Source of the DNA: Eukaryota sp. GEM-RC1
Taxonomy: Eukaryota
Direction: 5' to 3'
NCBI GenBank assembly: GCA_040285855.1
Contig: JAUFOQ010000002.1
Location: 3,224,001-3,288,000 of the forward strand
DNA: 64,000 bases
This document shows, one piece after another, positions 1-13,226 of the stretch (within the stretch, counting starts at the first letter, position 1; the number at the start of each line of letters is the position of its first letter). The position numbers and the translations under genes were made by a program. Under the pieces are notes generated by a model. The model was given only the letters and a program-made list of their open reading frames with translations. It searched no databases and was not told the DNA's origin.

Positions 1-104
1 AGATATATTTAAGAAGTATACGAACAAAAACGGCAGGAAAAATCTTTACTCAATTAAAAAGGAAATCCTGGTATTTTTTTTATTAACTCTTAATGAAAGA
101 AAAA

Positions 105-2749
105 CTAGCACATGATACGTCCACCAGAAGTTTCTTCAATATACTGTTTTATTTCAGGATCAACAAGGTTGTAACGTAAGTCAATAGTTTTAACAAAAGA
201 ATTATCCTTCAATGATTCAGCTAATTTCATTGCTCCTTCAGTGGAAACAGAGGCATTGCACAGATCTATTTCCGAAATAGTTGTATTTTCCCTCAACATA
301 TCAGCCAATACTATAGCTCCTTCATCACCAATAGAATCGTTCCTGAAGTTAATCTCATACAGATAACAATTCTGCTTCAAAACATCAATCAAGGTTGTGA
401 AGCCCAAAATTTGAAATATGTTAGTTTTCATATCCAACTTGGTAAGATGAAATCCCAACTTCAATGCTTCTGCCAAAGCTACAACACCTGAGTCGCCAAT
501 CAAGTTAGAACTCAAATTCATTCGCAAACCATTTACATGAGAATTGACTTGTAGAGCTGAGAGGATCTGAATGAAATACTCATCACATAGCTCACACTTA
601 CTGAAGTCAATAGAAGTCAAAGAATTACTGAGCCTAATTAAATCACACAAAGCGTTGATTGATTCCTCTGAAAACTGGCATCTATTAAGAGTTAACTTCC
701 TGAGAGTAAATGACTGTCCAAAAGCAAGGAGAGATGCCATTTGTTCAGAAAATATCGGAAAATACGTCTGTGGGCTATAACAAAACACACCCTTTTCAAC
801 ATCAACTAAATGAGGAGATAGATCCACTTTTGGTAGTAATTCATGATTTGAAAGACGGCCAAGAATGGTCAAGAGACTTTTGAAACTAAACCAACTGTTA
901 CTGATGTTAATTGATTTTAAACAAGTATTGGATTGAACTATGTCAATTATTCTCATTGCGTTACGGTCAGAAAATCGACAGTCCGTGAAGTCAATAGAAG
1001 TCAAGGAACTGTTGCTCTTGAGTAAATCACATAAGGCATTCATTGAATCATTGGCAAACGAGCATTGCTTGATAGTAAGTTGGTTGATGGAAAACCTTTC
1101 AACTAAAGACGTCATAGATGAGACTTCTTCGACACTGACTTTTGCAGGAATCTGAGGTGAAAAAGCAAAAACACCCGCTGAAACATCAATTAAATGAGGA
1201 TCTGGGTCTAAGTAAAAGTTACATTTCCTGGAAGCAAAGGCTTCGTACAAAAGAATTAGAGATTTGAAATCTAATGTAGGTGCAATAAGTGTTTTTAAAG
1301 TGGAATTAGTTTCAAGTCCATCAATAATCATTTTAAAGTGATTAAAAGAAGTTGACGATCCTGGAATCCTTAATTCAATTAAAGTAGCATTATGTCGTAA
1401 CATTTCTGAGACTGATTGGACTTCTTCATCACTTAGTGACTTCTTAGTATTACTGAAACTTAGCTCTATAAGTGAAGTATTAGATTCAAGAGATTTAAAA
1501 ATTGGTGAAAAATTACAGAGACAATCCCTTAATTCAAGTTTTTTGAGAGAATCGCAGAATTTTAAAATATTCACAAGGTCTGAAGAATCGAAACTGCTTT
1601 TCGTGAAAGTAATAACGCTAATCGATGAATTGTTCAAGATAGCTGCGCACACCTCGTTGAACTCACTAAGTGGCGGAAAAGAAATACTTTGCAGTGTCGA
1701 ACTATTCAAAAGCGGAATAATTGTACGTGAATTATTGAGTAAAAGACAAGAAATATCAACAGCTTGAATCACTTCATTCAATGAAAGAGCGGATATCAAC
1801 TTTGAAAACTCATTATCATTCTCAGGATAAATTCTTGTGGATAGTGAAACTCTTCTCAAGGTAGTATTGTTGTGAAAAACTTCGGCTAATTCATCGGCAA
1901 TCAGATCTCTGATATAATCCATATTCAAATCCAAATCTGTAACTGTAGAATTAAACAATAGAGATCGACAGAAGGAATTAAAATTGTTATACGGTGATAG
2001 GTGAATTGACAGATGCTTCAACTGAGGGAAATAGAGAGGAGATGAATAGTCAAGAAAACTGGAATCTACTAAAGAAATGTCTGATTTAACAGTCAAGCTG
2101 GAAATAATAGATGCGTATTCTTGAAGTTCGAAAGGTGAGAAGGTATCTTCTTCATAAAGAAAAACAGACTTCTTCTCAACACCAAAACCACGAGCAAAAT
2201 CACTGAATTTGGGAAGATCTTTGCCAATCAAAAAGATGGTGTTGGATTCAAGAAACACCTTCATAGCAGAAAAAACTGTTTCAAGGAAACGTTGGCTGAT
2301 GAAACCAACTTTTCCAATGAAAGATGGTAGACTTTCAGTATCCGGGGCTTTTTCTTCAGAAACTTCACTGATCAGCAGGTATAAATGGAAAATGGGAATA
2401 ATCTGAAATGAGAATACTTTGGGTTCTTGACAATGAAAGCTTTTAGACGCCGTTGTATTAGGTGGTAATTGACGAGAACCAAGAGTGACCGTGGAAGGTA
2501 CAAACATTTGGAAGCACATTCAGATGACCGCAACTCAAAGGAGGTTGTTTGTTGAGCAGAGCCGACAGAAAGATTGTTACATGTAGAGAATGACTTGGTC
2601 TCTGAAGACAATGACTTGGTCTCTGATCTCCACTCTCTGAGACATTGAGTGGAACAAACATAACGATCACAACAAATGGGGATGCCATGGGAGCCTATCG
2701 AAGAGCAGATGAAACAGGTATTTGCCATTGTTGTGTTCATAATGGCCAT
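105..2749 (-). CDS. Leucine-rich repeat protein (RNase-inhibitor/NLRC3-like LRRs) with a Cys-rich N-terminus
   Basis: Repeated LxxLxLxxNxIgdxGaxxLAexLkxN units in ORF 105..2519. The Cys-rich ORF 2372..2749 (CFIC..ICC..VCSTQC) joins it if one base is restored in the T-run near 2390. Confidence 0.85.
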
Positions 2750-2772
2750 ATAAAAGTATTAGAACTTCACTT

Positions 2773-3440
2773 ATCAAGAGTTATTAACATCCTTTTCAAT
2801 TACTGGGTTGTTGAGTCAGGAATTGCTAGAATTCCTACAATTATGAGTACTACAGTAATTCCTGGAATTCTCAGAGTTACGATTACTTCTGGAATTCGTG
2901 CAATCAATTACCAGAGATTTTCTAAGAAAGAACGAACTGTCGATTCTAATTTCTATTCACACAATTTCTGAAAAGTGACGAAACAAACCATATGCACATT
3001 GAAATCCCTCTCAAATATGTAGCACAAGTTGAAATTTTGGTTCCGTACTTCGACTGCAAAATGGGTTAATGTTATACCCAAATACTCAATGTTGATACCA
3101 CTTTTATGTTTAAGACAATATAATGGTAGGTAAATGTTCTTGAAAAATGTACTTTCGATGTTGTTTCGTTCTAAAAACGTAAATTGATGCAAAAGGTGTG
3201 AAGTGTTGGTATCATACAGTCTTTTGGTACTACTAGGGTAGATCAATTACACCAAAACTTAGACATGACCTTGACTTGATCCATTTTGATAAGTTTTGTC
3301 CTGGGAATTGAAGATATGTTTGTTGAAGGAATTCCAGGAATTCCAATAATTCTGGCGTTACAAAATTGACCTTCAGGAATTCCTACAATTACGATTACAG
3401 AAAATTAGTAATTGAAAACTATGGTTATTAATGTCTTGAT
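2773..3440. repeat. Degenerate TIR-bounded repeat with GGAATTCC-rich subrepeats (MITE-like)
   Basis: Imperfect inverted ends (atcaagagttattaacatccttttcaattactg / agtaattgaaaactatggttattaatgtcttgat). Segment 2755-2970 recurs inverted at about 21781-21980. No TSD found. Confidence 0.5.
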
Positions 3441-4611
3441 TTTTGTCATCTCAAGATTGCTCCCATTTGACGTTTTTGTCACTTCTACCAACTCAACGTG
3501 TTTTCGTTCATAAGAACACAAACACTATCAAATATCTATTGTGATGATGTCTTCAAGGTATATTTATATCTTGTTATCAAAAATTTTAACTTTTATTCTA
3601 AAGAGTTTCTAAATTTGTGTGCATAATTTGGTAAAACGTGCAGACATGTCTTGATGGAAGATCACTTTTTCAGTGGATATGTAGACGAGTATATTCCATT
3701 ACAAGTTTTATTTAAAAAAGTTGTTTGGCTGAATTGAGAAACCAATACTCGACACAAAAAACCGTTAGTAAAACTGTCCACGTCACACCCACTGACATGT
3801 GCTCAAACTTTTACAGTCAAACCAGTAAAAAAAGAAATCTTGCAATAATCAATTTTTTCCAAAGGTCTACCAGGGGTATATCTTACGAATCTCTTGGGGG
3901 TGTATCTAACGAATAAGATCTCCACTAGTGCAAGCACTAATGAAACGACATTGTGATTATAATAAATTCGATAAAAACTTGGCGGTGTATCTTACTCTTG
4001 AAAGAGAAAAAAGAATAAGAGATACCTATTGAAGTTTAAGGCCAGCGATACCCACCTACGACTGGTAGTAGGAGTGTCTTAACCAAGGATTTAAGGTTCT
4101 TGTCAGTAGCTAAACCATTACTCTTGGGGGTATATCTTACTCTTGAAAGATAAGAGATACACATTAAGGCTCATGATTATAGTGGACTCAAATAGTGAAA
4201 TGTGAATCAGGAATTCAATTATGCAGTTAATCAACCACATTTTTTGCACAGTTGATCACGTGATTGATCACGCTTGCAACTGATTCTGACACAGACATTG
4301 GTAATTTGATAACAAAAACCTTCGAGATCTCGGTACTGTGATGAAATTGAGTCATTCACGGCGATCCCCCTGAAAAAAAGAACTCAGAAAGAAACATAAG
4401 AGAGAACTCAGTAAGAAAAACATCAGAGTACTCGGGAAGCTCTCCTATTCCTTCATTCTCGGTAGTTTTTACTCAGAAAAAGCACAATAAAGCTTTGAAA
4501 AAAGAAACAACTCGAGTACTAAATGACAATTCACTCTGAAATGGAAAACAAAAAGCAATTTCTGAAGTACAAACCCAATGAATGATAACAGTTGTTGCTA
4601 ATTACACTTAA

Positions 4612-6865
4612 TTAAACTAAGGAAATAGATCCAAAGGAATATTCAACATCAGAAAGCGGTAAAAGGCTAGAATTCGACACACGAGCATTCAAGGACAAGG
4701 CGAAATCGATAATTGAATTTGCAAATAATTCAAAATTTTCAACATTTGATGTGTGTAAGTCAATCTTGTCCAAATTACTAACAAAACACGATGTTAACGG
4801 AACCGAAAAAGAGGAACTGAAAATGAAATATCGAAGAAAAAGACTGTTGGAAGTTCAGACGAAAAATCAAAAACCAATCGCACAAAACCCACAAAAGACT
4901 GTAGAGGTAAAGAATTTAAAATATTAGAAACTTGTTCAGACAATAGTTTCTGATGAAATTTAAAATATTCTGAAAACTTATCAGATTCATTCAGTTCTTC
5001 TGTAACATCAGTTCGGGAAACCAAAACGTATCGCTTGATTCCACCACTCAGTCCACAGTCATCATTAATCAACACCACGTCACCAATGCAATCAAAGTTA
5101 ATCAGAACGTCAACAAAACAAGATTTCTCTGGATTTGGCAGGAATGTAATCATAAGCGGCGAAAACATCGAAATCTCATTGACTGCTGCCAGACAACTAT
5201 TAAATTCAATCAAAAGAGATTCATGAAATCCATCAGTAGTCCCAGAAAAGAATATAAATCTGAACAATTCAAAACACGTTCCCCATTTGAAAGATACTGT
5301 CCAGGTTGACCTCTACTCACCATCGACTCAATCATGACGTGAGACCTTCCTCTTTCAACTTCATCAAGATATCTAGACGGCAGATTAGGCCTAAAACCGC
5401 CTCTTTTAAGCAGATAACTACCACCTTTGCTTTCAACTTTCAAACTACAATACAATCTGACCCACCAGTGAAGTTGAAGAGGAAGTGAAAATGAAAAGTT
5501 TGTGATTGATCTTGGTAGTGGAGGTAGAGATAGTTTGGAAAGGGAAATAGCATGTGTGTAGTATGATTCAATCATTTTTGATCGAACATTATCTTTCAAT
5601 CGAGCAACAGACTCAATTCTAACTAAATCAAATGGTAAATCTGACATTTTCAAAAATTTGTCCATAATCGAAATAAAAGACAGTGCAAACTGACGCGATC
5701 TAGTCACATCATACTGAGAGAATTCTTTAAAAGTAGCACTCGAAATTGACCCTCTTAAGAGCTCAGTCACAGTCTTAATCGCATGATGTTCCACCTTCCC
5801 TACTTCAAAGAGATTTTGACCCCACTTTTTGAGCTCATTCCCAAACTGTCCCATCATAAACAATCCTGCAAGAGAAGCATCACAAAACAAACAAAGCCTG
5901 TGAGCTGTTTTCTCAATCACGTCATCATCAATCACGTCACCACTTTCTGATTGATCCCCACTAGCATTAATCCTCTTAAAAACCAATCCTAATCTCGACA
6001 GTACGGAAGCTGCAATCACGACGGTGCTTGTGGGAAGTGATAAAGTAGAAGCTATATTTGAAATTGAATGAGAACCGTTTAAAGCAACAAAAGTATCATA
6101 AAGAACCCCTTCCAACCAATCGTTGTTGAGCTTGTTCATGACAAAGCTTTCTAACACTGGTACAACAAACACATCAGAAGGAGAGACAGGGAAAGAAAAG
6201 AAGATGAAGTCATGAGAGTAGAGAGATGAAATAATCTCAGGGGCAAACGCAGTTACAGGCATTGGGCCATCCTTTAACAGAGCAATCACAGAAACCTCCG
6301 TCTCAGAAAGATTATCTAAATCTCCATGCCTAATGATACCCAGTTCAACGTGAGACCATTGGGGAGGAGAGAAAGGGATAGGTTTAGAGGGGAGAAGACG
6401 TTGGATGGCAGGTTTCTTTCTAAAAAAGACCGTTTTGGATTGCTTCCTTAGAGTGTTCATAAGATCAATGAACTGGTTCCTTCCAATGCCCATGATTCTC
6501 TCAATGTCAGCTGCAGTGAAGTTGGGGATTTGATCGTAGGAAGTCTCAGATGAAATAGTATCAGAAAGCATGTCAGTGTAGAATTTGAAGGGAGATATAG
6601 CACAATGTTTGAAGATGAGTTGAGCAAGATGGTATGGATAAAGAGAAAGAGATGATTTGAGAGAGGTTATCAGAGAATGATAGTATTGAGTTTCATCCAT
6701 TTCCAAAGCAGATGAATGAAGTAGTTGGTGATCGAAGGAGAAGTTTCGGAGTTTTAGAGTCCAGTCAGAACGAGAACAGAGAGATGAAAAGTCTGAAGGA
6801 AGTTCACTGAAAGGGGTTTGTTTCATCAGCAGCTGATGTTCTAAATGATCATTGATGTGTTTCAT
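4612..6865 (-). CDS. FAM91A1: FAM91 family protein
   Basis: PFKFYTDM..SYDQIPNFTAADIERIMGIGRNQFIDLMN, FVMN, FCDASLAGLFMMG and LFEVGK motifs. The C-terminus continues through ORF 4794..5267 and a further frame to TAA at 4612, across two frame breaks (about 5250 and 4808). Confidence 0.9.
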
Positions 6866-6949
6866 GGGAAATATAGCGATGAGTATGCTACAGTAGAATG
6901 TAGAACAATGAACGTTGTTGTTTAAAAGATTTACATTTCTTCAATCAAT

Positions 6950-7370
6950 ATGTCAGATCAAGAGAGGACCAATCAGCTTTCACAAGCTAAATGTGAGCCC
7001 AAGACCATTCGCAAAGGTGATGTCAGCTCAGTCGTCTCAGACTTACCTGATGATGCTGATCCAGAAGAGTTTATCGTAATAGAAGTACTGAATCGCTGTG
7101 AAAACACTGATGGAGAACACTTTGAGGTTCTATATGATGGTGGCGAAATTTGTTCTGTGCCCATTGAGGAAATTGAGCACACTGACGCTTATGCGTCATT
7201 TATCAAATTAGAAAAAAAAGAGAAAAAGTAGAGCAGGTAAAGCCCGCAAACCTAAAAAGCCCTTACCGCGAGCTCGAGTATCTAGTTCCGTCCAACACGA
7301 TAAAACCCCTATAGCCAAAAAGGACGAGGAGCTCGAAGAAAGAGGAGAAGGAGTAGGAGTATTTAAATAG
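6950..7370 (+). CDS. Small protein with a divergent chromodomain-like fold
   Basis: EEFIVIEVLN..EHFEVLYDG..SVPIEEI resembles chromo-fold spacing but lacks the aromatic-cage Trp residues. A basic tail follows an A-run break near 7225. Confidence 0.5.
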
Positions 7371-7576
7371 TTGCCTACATCTGTTGCCTACATCGTTGTA
7401 TAATACTTGTGTGAAAACAGTTTTCTGAACAAAATGTACAAAAATATACTACTTCATGTAGTAGTAGACATGATATGACGTATTAATGTGTGGTTATCCA
7501 AAACTACAATAGAAACAACTGATGCTTGTCAGATGACTCGTTTGGTGTGATTGTGATTCAGTTTTCGAATCTCAAA

Positions 7577-8266
7577 ATGCCATTGGACTGTTCTATTCGA
7601 CACGAAGAACCCTCTGATGAGTTCGTAGTTGAGCAACTCTGCCGGGAAGCCTTCTGGAATCTACATACGCCAGGATGTGATGAACACTACTTGGTCCATG
7701 TTCTACGCGATCACCCTGATTACATCCCTGAACTTTCTTTCGTCATTGAGAACGATGAAGGAACTGTGATTGGTTGTATTTTCTTCACCAAAAGTTCGAT
7801 CAAACATCAAGATGGAAGATTAATGGAAACTCTGACGTTTGGTCCTGTTGCTATACATCCAAGTTACCAGAGGAAGGGCATAGGCTCAAAGCTTATCTCT
7901 CACGCTATCAAAAAGGTCTCTGAACATCCTAATAACTACCGCTTCATAATCATTCTAGGATTCCCCAAAAACTATTGTAGGTATGGATTCAAATCATGTC
8001 AAAGCTACAACATTACTGACTCAACTGGTAGATTTCCTCTAGGTCAGCTTGTCTTGGATCTGAACCCTGATCTTGAACTGCCCAAAGGCCCATGGATATT
8101 TCAATATTCACCAGTGTATGACAATCTCAGTGAGGAAGAGACAATCAAATATGACAAGAACAAGTTCTCCCCAAAAGAAAAGATGGTAAAGCCTTGTCAA
8201 GTTGAATTTGATATGTGTTGTAAAGCACATCTTGACCTTGAATCTGCTGTTGAAAATACACCTTGA
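7577..8266 (+). CDS. GNAT N-acetyltransferase, YhbS-like (bacterial type)
   Basis: REAFWNLHTPGCDEHYLVHVLR, FGPVAIHPSYQRKGIGSKLI (acetyl-CoA motif A) and ILG..NYCRYGF. No intron. Confidence 0.9.
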   Translation: MPLDCSIRHEEPSDEFVVEQLCREAFWNLHTPGCDEHYLVHVLRDHPDYIPELSFVIENDEGTVIGCIFFTKSSIKHQDGRLMETLTFGPVAIHPSYQRKGIGSKLISHAIKKVSEHPNNYRFIIILGFPKNYCRYGFKSCQSYNITDSTGRFPLGQLVLDLNPDLELPKGPWIFQYSPVYDNLSEEETIKYDKNKFSPKEKMVKPCQVEFDMCCKAHLDLESAVENTP

Positions 8267-8442
8267 GAGACATTTATTGATATTTTAATCATTAACTTCT
8301 AGTTACACATAAACAATATCAACTCAACAGGTACATCAAGAAAAAAATTATTGGTTAAAACCTCGTATTTTGTACACACAAACGAGTTCAGAACCAAATC
8401 GTACTAAAAAACTAAACATCACACAAAAAACCGATACGATAA

Positions 8443-10153
8443 CTATTTTTGTGTGGGTTTTAATTGGGAAAGGTACTTGAAATTCAAAGATTGAATTGCT
8501 AAGCTAGACTCACTCGACTCAAATATAGTCCGTTGTCGTCCACTCTTATGAGTTCGATCACCAGGAAGTGGTACAATGCCAGTCCCAGAAGCTGAAGAGC
8601 AGCTATCAGGACTCCTTGAACAAGAACGTGGAGGTGCACTACGAGAGGAAGGACCCCCTCTAATATCAGTTGATCTGTCGCAGAAAAGAGAGGACCTCAG
8701 ATTAAAATAACTTCGTTCGTGGTTCTTCAACATCTGTTGCCGTTCCAGCTCATGTCGTAACATTAGGATTCTCATTGCTTCCTCATCCGTGGTTAAATGA
8801 GTTGATACTGGCACTCCGCTGTCCACATACTTCTTCCGTTCAATTTCATACTGATGTTCAATGCACAATGGAGACTTAGGCCTTGAAGGTACAGGAGCTG
8901 AGAGGTACTTTGGTCGGTCATCATCTCCAACTCTGTGTGGGTAGACTTCTACGGCGTTGTGAGAGAAGCCATTAAAGCCTGTTTCCAACAGAGACTTTTG
9001 ACCTTGTGGAGATTGATTTGGGGTAGGTTGTTGGGTTTTGATCTGCATCTCAACGTCATGAATCAAATCACCTATGCGATCGGCAAGGTCATCATGCTCC
9101 TTTGGATCCAACTCAAAAGCACCAATCATTTCCGAGACAACTTCCTCCACCGTGTCAGAGTTGGGATCAAAGGCAAACTCAACTGACGTGGGCTGTCCTT
9201 CAGTGACAGGAAGAGCGAAGTCAATGAGGTAAGCACCGTTGGGCGAGATAGAAGCTTTACCACATAGAGGCTTGGAGAACTTCGCTTTCCCAGGGCAAAG
9301 AGCTGACATATCCTTGGCATCAAAGAACGGCAGGTTCAACACAGTGGCAGCAGAAGGACGGTGTTGAGGTGGTAGAAGACAAAGTTCTATCAAAGGCCGG
9401 AGGGTTCGATCGACCGTTTTGAGACTTTCTGGTAAAATTCCATGTTCGACACAGCTCCACATATCAGCTGGACTGACACATTCTGCGTAGGGAGGATCTC
9501 CAGTGGCCATTTCTAAAACGATTAATCCAAAGGAGTGAACATCAATCAAATTGGGGGGTACATCAATCAGTTGGTATACCTCAAGTTCAGGATGTGACGA
9601 CGGAGGCTGACTTTTACGAAGAATCTTGCTAATGCCGAAATCTCCTAACTTGATTTGAGAGGAGTGTCCATTGATAAAGATTTTATCAAGTGCTATCCCC
9701 TCCAATACTATGCGAGGTGCTTGGCTGTGGAGGTAGACGAGAGCAGATAAGATTTGTCGTGATAAGCTCTTGATGGCTGTGGTAGAAAGCTTTCCGACCC
9801 TCTGGATGTACTGGCGGAGGTTACCGCTGGTCATGAGGTCTGTAATGTAGACAAAACATCCATTTTCTTGCCATAAATCGTGGATGGAGATGATGTTTGG
9901 GTGATCTAGATTTCGCAGTTGAGAAACTTCGTCCTCAAGATTCTTCCGTTGTGCAGATGAGTAACCATCCATGGGAATAGAATGAAGAGCAACTTCGACA
10001 CCGGTGTCATTGTTAAATGCATGATGTACTGATTTGAAATGACCACTGCCGAGAACATTGAACTGAAATAAAATGAAAGAAACAAAAACCAACCATGGAG
10101 TAGTTTGGCTTGATAACGGTAAGAGAAGATTCAACACCAATGTGTTCTGACAT
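8443..10153 (-). CDS. WNK/NRBP-like kinase-fold protein, probable pseudokinase; one intron
   Basis: LGSGHFKSV, ITDLMTSGNLRQY, IFING..IKLGDFG, LEMATG.PYAEC and a C-terminal EFAFD..DT..V.SEM (CCT-like) motif. ATG 10153 joins the kinase frame after removing intron 10063-10093. Confidence 0.85.
10063..10093 (-). other. 31-nt spliceosomal intron
   Basis: GTTGG...TTTTATTTCAG. Removal gives MSEHIG..NYSM|FNVLGSG. Confidence 0.8.
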
Positions 10154-10418
10154 CGGAAGATGAAGAAAGGAAAGATATAATGATGATAGGAAGCAAAGGG
10201 GAGAGAGGGATCAGCGCAGGGAACCAACGGAACTGGATGGACCAATTTCGAGATTGTCAATTGAAAAGGACTTTGACTTACACCTTCACACCTCTGTATT
10301 AGTACAAATACAGGTACAAATACAAATACAACGAATACAAATACACATCATTTGACACAAGAGTGTATATTGGTTGTTCTTCAATTGGAAGTACTAAAAG
10401 AGTATAACAACAATGAAT

Positions 10419-12935
10419 AAAAAACGCCTTTTATTTAATGAAAAAATTAATGTTTTATGTTATACATTAACGAAATACAAACTACTAGTATTTAAAAGAT
10501 ATTAAATGATCCACATCTACTCTTGAACTACCACGATACAATTTGTCCAGAATACGATTCATATACTTTGGGAAACTTCTATATATGGAATGAACTTAAA
10601 AGAAGAATACAAATTGGAATTCAGTTTGATCATTGTGTCAGAATATGTACTAATCTTTCTCTTTTCAGCTTTGGATAAATGATTTTCAGTGTCACTCGAA
10701 ACTGAATTCAAATATACTTTAGCACATGGATCAACAGTAGTAAAATCTATCACAGCTTGACAAGAATCAAGATATGGAACAATGAGATCACCTCGTCGAG
10801 AATTGGTAATATTATCATCACTATAATGCTCAAGAAGAGGTACGATTTTCCCATTAAACCCATGAAATTTAAAGATTTCATACGTAACGTCACGAACAGC
10901 ATTGCGTAAAATCGATCTAAACTGAAGAAATTTCTTGCAACTAACAATGTGTCTGAAGTCAGCTTTTAGTCTCTTTTCACAACAACACATAGTATTAGCT
11001 AACATTTCAGATGGAAACAGACCTAAGCGAAGACGCATGTTAAGTTTCCAAACCTCATTATTGAGATGAAGACCATAACGTCTAGGCTGTTGAGTAATAA
11101 ACGATGAACAGTTTTTTAAATCCAAAAGAAAAGCAGCAAATACGGGATTATTTACCTTAGTCACACTAAGACGTTTAGAAAAATCCAAGTCTTCTAAGCC
11201 ATGTAAAACACAATTTTGCAAATTTACCACATATTAATGTAGAAACTCGATTGACCTATCAGCAATAGAAGAGATTGACTTAGGAAAACACTTGTTCCAA
11301 ATGTCAGCAGATAGGTTTTGAATGACAGAATCAAGAGGTCGTAACCATACTGAATTCTGTGCGACTATTTGTGAAAACACATCACTAAATCTCAAACGGA
11401 ATTCGAAAAGAACATTTTTCAAACCACCAAGATATGCACTGTGACACAAATACTCCGCACTAGCAAATCCAACACCACCAAAAGAAGCAGAAAAGAATGC
11501 ATCATAAGGAAGTTTGGTTGAATCAGTTTCAACAAGATTGCCCAAAAATTTAGTTCTTATTTCCTTTTATTTAATCATTCAAATAGAGACTATCATCAAT
11601 ATTAACAACGAGATATCAATACCTCTACATCGTCTCAAATTCATGTTTCAATGCAAAGAGACGGTTTAAAATCGAATCAAAATACCTAAACAATGCTTTG
11701 AAAAGATAAAAAAACCTTTCTCTCCACAGTAACTTTCATTAAATTTCCTTCCATTCTGCTTACACAATTTGCCAAAATCTGTGAGAAATTGTTGACCGAA
11801 ACAACCAAACAATCCGTAAAGAGAAATAGCAAAAGGATGGAAAACAAAGGGTTTGTGTTGGCGAGAATTCATCTTGGAAATTCTTCCACAACTATCCAAT
11901 TTTTTTCTTTTCAGCAGTTTCAAGAGCTGAATAGTTTTGGTCTATAATTCTGTTAACAGAAGTTGAGTTACAAGAATCAACCGTAGTCAAGTTCATAATT
12001 ATTTCCTGAGAGGACAACCAGTGAATTAATACATACTAATTCAGAAAATGAAAGAAGTTAAATTCTCGTCGAGAATTTGCGCTATACAACTTGGAATAAA
12101 TGGAACTTATATACTTAGGAACGCTTTTAATAAGAGCAAACTCAATTCAATTCAATTCGATTAATCCATACAAAACCATTAAAAACCTAGCCATTAGAAC
12201 GACAAAAAAGACTAAAATCGCTGAAAAATTTAAACCTTCTGGATGAACAAAAATTGAAATTGTAAATAGAGCATTCGAAAACTTAGAATATATGTATTTT
12301 CATTAAGCTTCTTCAAAGCATCCACATAATTAGAACACTTTCGCTGTTCAGCCTTTTCAAGATGACCATTTGAATCATTCCAAGTGGAGTCTTGGTATAC
12401 TTTTGCAAACGGGTCAACTGTAGTAAAATCAACCACAACTTGAGATGAATGCAGGAAAGGAGAAATTAGGTCACCACGCCGAGAATCAAACACGTTATTG
12501 TCACTATATTGTTTCAAAAGGGTTCAATTTGTACAACTATAATCATAGGATTTGAACACTTCATAAAGTTGCATCACGAACAGCATTATGTAGAACTGAT
12601 CGAACTATCAACATGACGAAATGTGGCTGTAGATCGGTTATCGCAAACACAGATTGAATTATTGAGCAAACCACTAGGAAATAAACCCAGTCAAAGACGC
12701 ATATTATGCTTCCGAGCATCATTGTTCAAATGTAAACCAAAAGGTCTAGGCTGTTGAGTGATGAAGGTAGAACATTGTTGAATGTCACATAAAAAAGCTG
12801 CAAAGACGGGATTATCAATCTTAGTCACACTAAGTCTTTTACTAAAATCCAAGTCTTCCAACCCAAGTAATGTAGCATTCTGTAACTTAACTACAGCAAG
12901 AGGTCGAAATTCAATTGACCGATCAGGAATAGAGA
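10419..12935 (-). mobile_element. Three stacked 5'-truncated RLE-type non-LTR retrotransposon fragments (about 10419-11560, 11563-12022, 12023-12935)
   Basis: CxC..H...C knuckle followed by RRGDL..DFTTVDP..AE.RK (PD-D/ExK endonuclease) in degraded frames. The segments match other copies at 55406-55970 and 43613-44146. Confidence 0.85.
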
Positions 12936-13226
12936 AATAACCTTGTACAATTAAAAAGCCGAAAAACGTAAAATTGATTTGTATTTTCCTCAAAATCCTT
13001 AAAAGATTGATCACTAACAGCACTGAAAAAAGTTGTCGACAAAAGAGAGAATACGAAATTGATTTTAAGTGTTATTTGAATCGTATTGTCTTTACAATTT
13101 TTAAAACAATTCCTATTATTATGATTTTGAATGCTCTGATACAGTAGTTCGCTGTATTTTCGATGAAGAAGATGCAGATGTGTGTTTCAAATAAAAGCAA
13201 ATTTACAAATAAATTAATAAAACAAT

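Noticed and set aside
571..2406. Short plus-strand ORFs opposite the LRR gene, and similar antisense ORFs elsewhere
   Set aside because: They are shadow frames of real genes with no recognisable motifs.
3871..4165. CRISPR-like array
   Set aside because: The repeats are degenerate and irregularly spaced, the context is eukaryotic and there are no cas genes.
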